Source: Lama guanicoe (Eukaryota). From it: a stretch of DNA of 64,000 nucleotides. The notes under the pieces were generated by a model that saw nothing but the letters and a program-made list of their open reading frames with translations, was not told the origin of the DNA and did not search any database. Position 1 is the first letter of the stretch, and each line of letters begins with the position of its first letter. The translations under genes and the position numbers were made by a program. Positions 63,881-64,000 of this stretch are shown here, piece after piece. The stretch covers positions 619,844-683,843 of the forward strand of contig MU053574.1 in assembly GCA_013239625.1 (NCBI GenBank), in the 5' to 3' direction.

Positions 63881-64000
63881 GTTCAAGGACGCCCACAGAA
63901 AACACAGAGCATCATCATTTTGGAGTCCCACATCATCTGCTGCACGCTGAGTACGAGCGGTGGTTTACTGCTCGAGTCTGCTTTTCGTGGCCAAGGGGGT
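63881..64000 (+). CDS. SETX: SETX exon 19, partial (VQGRPQKTQSIIILESHIICCTLSTSGG...)
   Basis: TGTTAG acceptor; motif Ib-like IICCTLSTSG; truncated by the window end. Confidence 0.95.

Larger units (their letters stand above)
15790..64000 (+). other. SETX: SETX (senataxin) gene, exons 1-19, 3' part beyond window
   Basis: Spliced translation starts MSTCCWCTPGG and includes the large exon 10 and helicase motifs I and Ia. All introns are GT-AG and the frame is continuous for 6462 nt. The TSS position is approximate. Confidence 0.98.

Noticed and set aside
1..64000. CRISPR arrays, operons or another novel multi-gene system
   Set aside because: Eukaryotic intron-exon locus; no regular repeat-spacer array, and all substantial coding signal belongs to SETX or decayed L1.

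Overview
This is mammalian genomic DNA, most likely camelid, judged from seven copies or fragments of a tRNA-derived SINE resembling Vic-1. It carries the 5' two-thirds of the senataxin gene (SETX, SF1B/Upf1-like RNA:DNA helicase) on the + strand. Bases 1-14.8 kb are repeat-dense intergenic DNA: MaLR LTRs, L2, a nested L1/L1/solo-LTR cluster, hAT elements and SINEs. A CpG-island promoter lies at about 14.8-16.6 kb, followed by two non-coding 5' exons and coding exons 3-19, with exon 19 cut by the window edge. I traced all splice junctions by eye. They give one uninterrupted frame of 2154 codons from the ATG at 22460, including a 4131-nt exon 10 and the Walker A motif GPPGTGKS in exon 14. I see no unexplained novel multi-gene system. 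The most interesting details are: loss of the expected AG at the exon 15 acceptor (GG instead), a candidate poison microexon or recursive splice site in intron 3, several uORFs in the 5' UTR, a candidate upstream promoter with its own exons, a pure (GAT)9 poly-Asp next to a SUMO-interacting motif, and tandem G-quadruplex motifs in intron 11. Repeat family names and comparisons to human SETX come from memory and were not run as searches.
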